From Octopus vulgaris (lineage: Eukaryota): a stretch of DNA of 64,000 bases. The translations under genes and the position numbers were made by a program. The stretch lies in contig OX597814.1 in the NCBI GenBank assembly GCA_951406725.2, forward strand, positions 38,564,001 to 38,628,000, written 5' to 3'. Shown here in pieces: positions 60,134-64,000 of the stretch. The notes beneath the pieces were generated by a model. The model made no database searches. It was not told the DNA's origin and was given only the letters and a program-made list of their open reading frames with translations. The stretch's first letter is position 1. Every line of letters starts with the position of its first letter.

Positions 60134-60651
60134 ATGTATTCGTATGTATGCATAAAAATAAATGAGAGGGTGATGCGTGTATTTGTAGCTGCATGCCAGT
60201 TATGATATTCGAAGAAACATATTGGTATTACTTTTGTTGTCTGTGCTGCTTGCTTATATGTTACGTAGACGAAGTTCTAAACAAGAATTTGTTTGTGAAA
60301 ATCCAATATTTGTTTTCAATTGCAGCAATTAGCTGCATACATCTATATTCCTATAACCTATCATTGCCTGCCATCACAGTATATAACATTAATTTCTCTC
60401 TATTCACTTATGCGCATATACACATGCGAACTAAAGTATAATCGTGTATTTACGAGCACTGTTACATTGCGAACATATCATATACTTTTTCAGACACCTA
60501 TATACAACTATTTGTATTCGGATACACACGTACACATATACATGGATACATACATGCATATATGCATACATACATAAATACATATATTTTTAAGTATAAC
60601 AAATATATATATATATTCACACACATAGATATGTATATATATATATATATT

Positions 60652-60737
<86 letters not shown>

Positions 60738-62509
60738 TGCGTAGATATAAACATATAAACACGCACATAAACGTGCAGACACACACCCATATATGTATGT
60801 GTTTGGGGCTGCGAATAAATGTATATGCTTGTGTCTATGTATAAATGTATCAGTGAGCAATAAAGATTATGCTCTAGGCCCAAATCATTGTAACAATATG
60901 AGGGAATCAAACATTGATAGTAACAATCCTACACAGCACAAATGATATTTTCATAGATGTAAACATAAATAAGTTAAGAAGTAACTCTCTATTTCAGTCT
61001 CACATACAAATACCCAGGAAAATCAGCAAAAACTAATGGAGAACAGAGAATGACAGTGTAGCACACCTATATCTCAAATCAAATGTGAGACAGACAAGAT
61101 TTAGACAGATGAAGTATGTTTATATTCCAATGATATTTTTTTCTGTTGCCCTGTAGTAAAATTATTTTCATTAATTTTATTAGAAAATAAAATAACAAGC
61201 ACAACAGCAACAACAACCAAAACAACAACAACAATAAGAGCAACAACAAAAATAATGATAATAAAGCAATGAAACGGCGAAAAAATAGAATAAGCAGAAT
61301 GTCAGTTGAAATATATATATAAAAAAAGAAAAATGTCTGCAACAATATTTTCAACATATTGCTTTCACAGCTTATACATTTCATCTATTCAGGGTATTAG
61401 TAATATTTACCTTAAGGCTGTGTGTATTGACTCTGGTCTCAATAAACGCTAAATAATACAGGGGAGTGCGGGATGGGGGAGGATGTGAGTATATAAAGAG
61501 AGAAAAATCACAGAGAGAGACAAAGAGAGAGAAAGAAGAGGGGAATATTAGTGGAATTTTATTATTTCTTGTTAAATAGATTTCTCTAAATTGGTGTCGA
61601 ACTTAATACAACGCAATAGATTCTATTTTTTATTTGTTTCTTTTATAACATTCGACATTTCAAGAGAAACACAAGTCATGTATATTTACACACATACTTA
61701 CCTACATACATGTTTGAATATGTGAGGTAGTGTTGCAAGTTTATGTATATGCTTTGTACTTCTACAAGAGACCATAATATAAAATCAAGATGAAAGTTTT
61801 TTTTTTCCTATTCTATATATAATTAGATCTAATTACATTCAACATTTTCAATTCAAAATTCTCACACATATTCAAACTATAATGAAATTGTCGCGTACTT
61901 AGATACATACGTATATATATATATATACATATATATGTGTGTATATATATATTCAATGACTAGAAAAACAACATTTAAATACAACAGTGAACATAAGTGG
62001 TTGAAATATAAAAAAGTTTTACGATAAAACAGTTTTCAATATATTAAGTACTTTCTGCATTTAGACTACAATCTCTGGTTTCTTTAGAATATCTTGAAGT
62101 AGACCTTTAAAACAAGTGCAACAAGTGTTAATATTATTAAATGAATATCTGAAATATTCCTTTGATACCATCGTTTTCAATACGTATTTTCGCAGATATG
62201 GTACTTCTTATTGATAACGAATTACTCATTACTGCAAAGCTACATATTCATTAGGGAGTGTTTTAATCAATAGAAAAGAAATTAGTATATTAAGGGACCT
62301 TATGTAATTTGAAGAGACGTTTTGAAAAATTGATCAAATGTTATGGGATTTCAAACGATATAACGATTGCAAGTAGTGTACGGAATTTTACTATAGCATT
62401 AATCATATTAATGACTTAGGTTGTTTAAATGTCAGTAACATAGTTAATATGAAGGCCAACGATCTAGAAGAAACGGTGTAGTAGTAGTATTAAAGTATAA
62501 TAATAATAA

Positions 62510-64000
62510 TAAGCCTATCTTTATTGACCACAACGGCTGAACATAAAAAATATATTGGGACAAAACAAGGTTCAAGTGGGGTTTAAAACAGAAAACGTGT
62601 AAACAACAAAAACGAAATAAAATAGTTGACACAAAACAGAACCAACAAAATTCCGCAATAGGGGCAGGTCCACCCGGGTCCAAGCGGGCATATCATACAC
62701 CTTGATCACCACGACAGCCATGGCCACGCCAGTTAGGTACCCCTCTTTCCCTCAATTGTTCCGGCTGGCAGATGAGTATTCAGAGTAGGGCTATTCACGC
62801 AATCTATTTTCGCAGCGCCCACTCACCTTTTGACAAACTTCCAGGGACTGGTGGGGAGCAACACTTCCCTCTCTACGCTCATTTTCCTTTTGAAGTGGAG
62901 CGTGAAATACACGATGTGGGCTCGGTCGAGGAGAAGTCCTTGCAGTCTTGTCCACCACACTACCCATTTTGTTATGGGAACCGCCTGACTGCACTTCCCT
63001 GTTAGTAGAGTTTGCTTTAAACCGGCAGAGTTCCCTGGAAGCACTGACAGGTCAAGGATTTTTCGAAGATATATATAGGCCGCGGTCCGAAAGTCTTCAG
63101 GAAAAGACCAGATTTTCCCCGAGAGCGTCATTTAACTTTCCCACAACTAAATCCTTAGAGAACTCCAAGGTGGAACATCTACCGACCGTGTTGCTCGATT
63201 GGCAGAAAGCTTTGGGCGCTTGCCGACACTCGAGATGCCAAGCGTCCATTTTTGGTCCGTGCTTGACCCAGGATTGTAGCTCTGTGAATGAAACGAGCTG
63301 CGAGAAGTCCTGAGAAGTGGATATGTCGCAGGCTCAGCGCATGTCTACGCATAAATTACCCACAGTATGACCAGCAGCTGTTAATAGAAGATGGACCGTC
63401 TGACGAGCGGATCACGTCCCTTCCATAGAAAGTGAAGAGCAGGCGCTCCAACATTATTAGACACGAAGTGGGGCAAGGGATGAAATTCAGGCTGTTGTAG
63501 ATGATGGAAGCAATGTACGCATTCGCCACCTCCGTTCGACCGTTCAGATACAGCTTCCTCTCACCCTATTTCTAGGTGAAATGGTCCTCCCGGCTTGTTA
63601 CCCACCTTCAAATCTTGTCCATCTGGAGGACTGGACTAAACCAGATGCCGAGGAACTTAACCCTATAACGCTCTCGGATTAATCTGCTTCTAAAAGTGCC
63701 GAGCTGCAAGCCCACCGATTTTTCCTGGATGAACCCTTGCCCCTGTGACCGCTTCGTACTTCCTTAGAGCAGTAGTGGCCAAGATCTCCGATGTGTCCAA
63801 CAGCATTACGGTGCCGTCGTCTGCGTAACTCGACAGAAATCTTCCGCATCCTAGATCATGTGACATGCCTTTTGAAGCATCCAGCTTCCACATCAGTGGC
63901 TCGAAATCCAGTATGTACAGAAGAGGCGGCAGTGGGCACCCTTGACGGACCGATGGAGCGATGCTAAACGATTCCGATAGGTGGTAAATTATTTTGTCCA
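62510..64000 (-). mobile_element. Decayed L1/Tx1-like LINE 3' portion, running off the window
   Basis: Minus strand VRQGCPLPPLLYILDFEPL, SYADDGTV, YEAVTGARVH; AATAAA followed by (ATT)n near 62500-62525. Confidence 0.8.

Overview
AT-rich, microsatellite-laden eukaryotic DNA with no recognisable host protein-coding gene. The repeat repertoire (tRNA-derived SINEs, huge (TA)n tracts) most resembles an Octopus/cephalopod genome; this is an inference. Positions ~3.8-23.3 kb form a (TA)n landing pad holding five APE-RT LINE copies from four related families (one apparently full-length with ORF1+ORF2), a 353-bp tandem/inverted repeat carrying three type I hammerhead ribozymes (retrozyme-like), and a mariner with perfect TIRs. 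The rest holds Helitron-like elements, decayed R4/Dong-, RTE-, L1/Tx1- and Tc1-like fragments, tRNA-SINEs and a ~550-bp (TAA)n-associated repeat. Main leads: (1) the hammerhead array, predicted to make a highly structured ~353-nt self-cleaving RNA; (2) a U-run/hairpin at the LINE ORF1/ORF2 junction in two families, suggesting -1 frameshifting; (3) an ORF1 with a Myb/SANT-like domain plus two CCCH fingers; (4) a covarying two-hairpin 3' signal shared by the LINEs and SINEs. Most short ORFs in the track are microsatellite or antisense artefacts.
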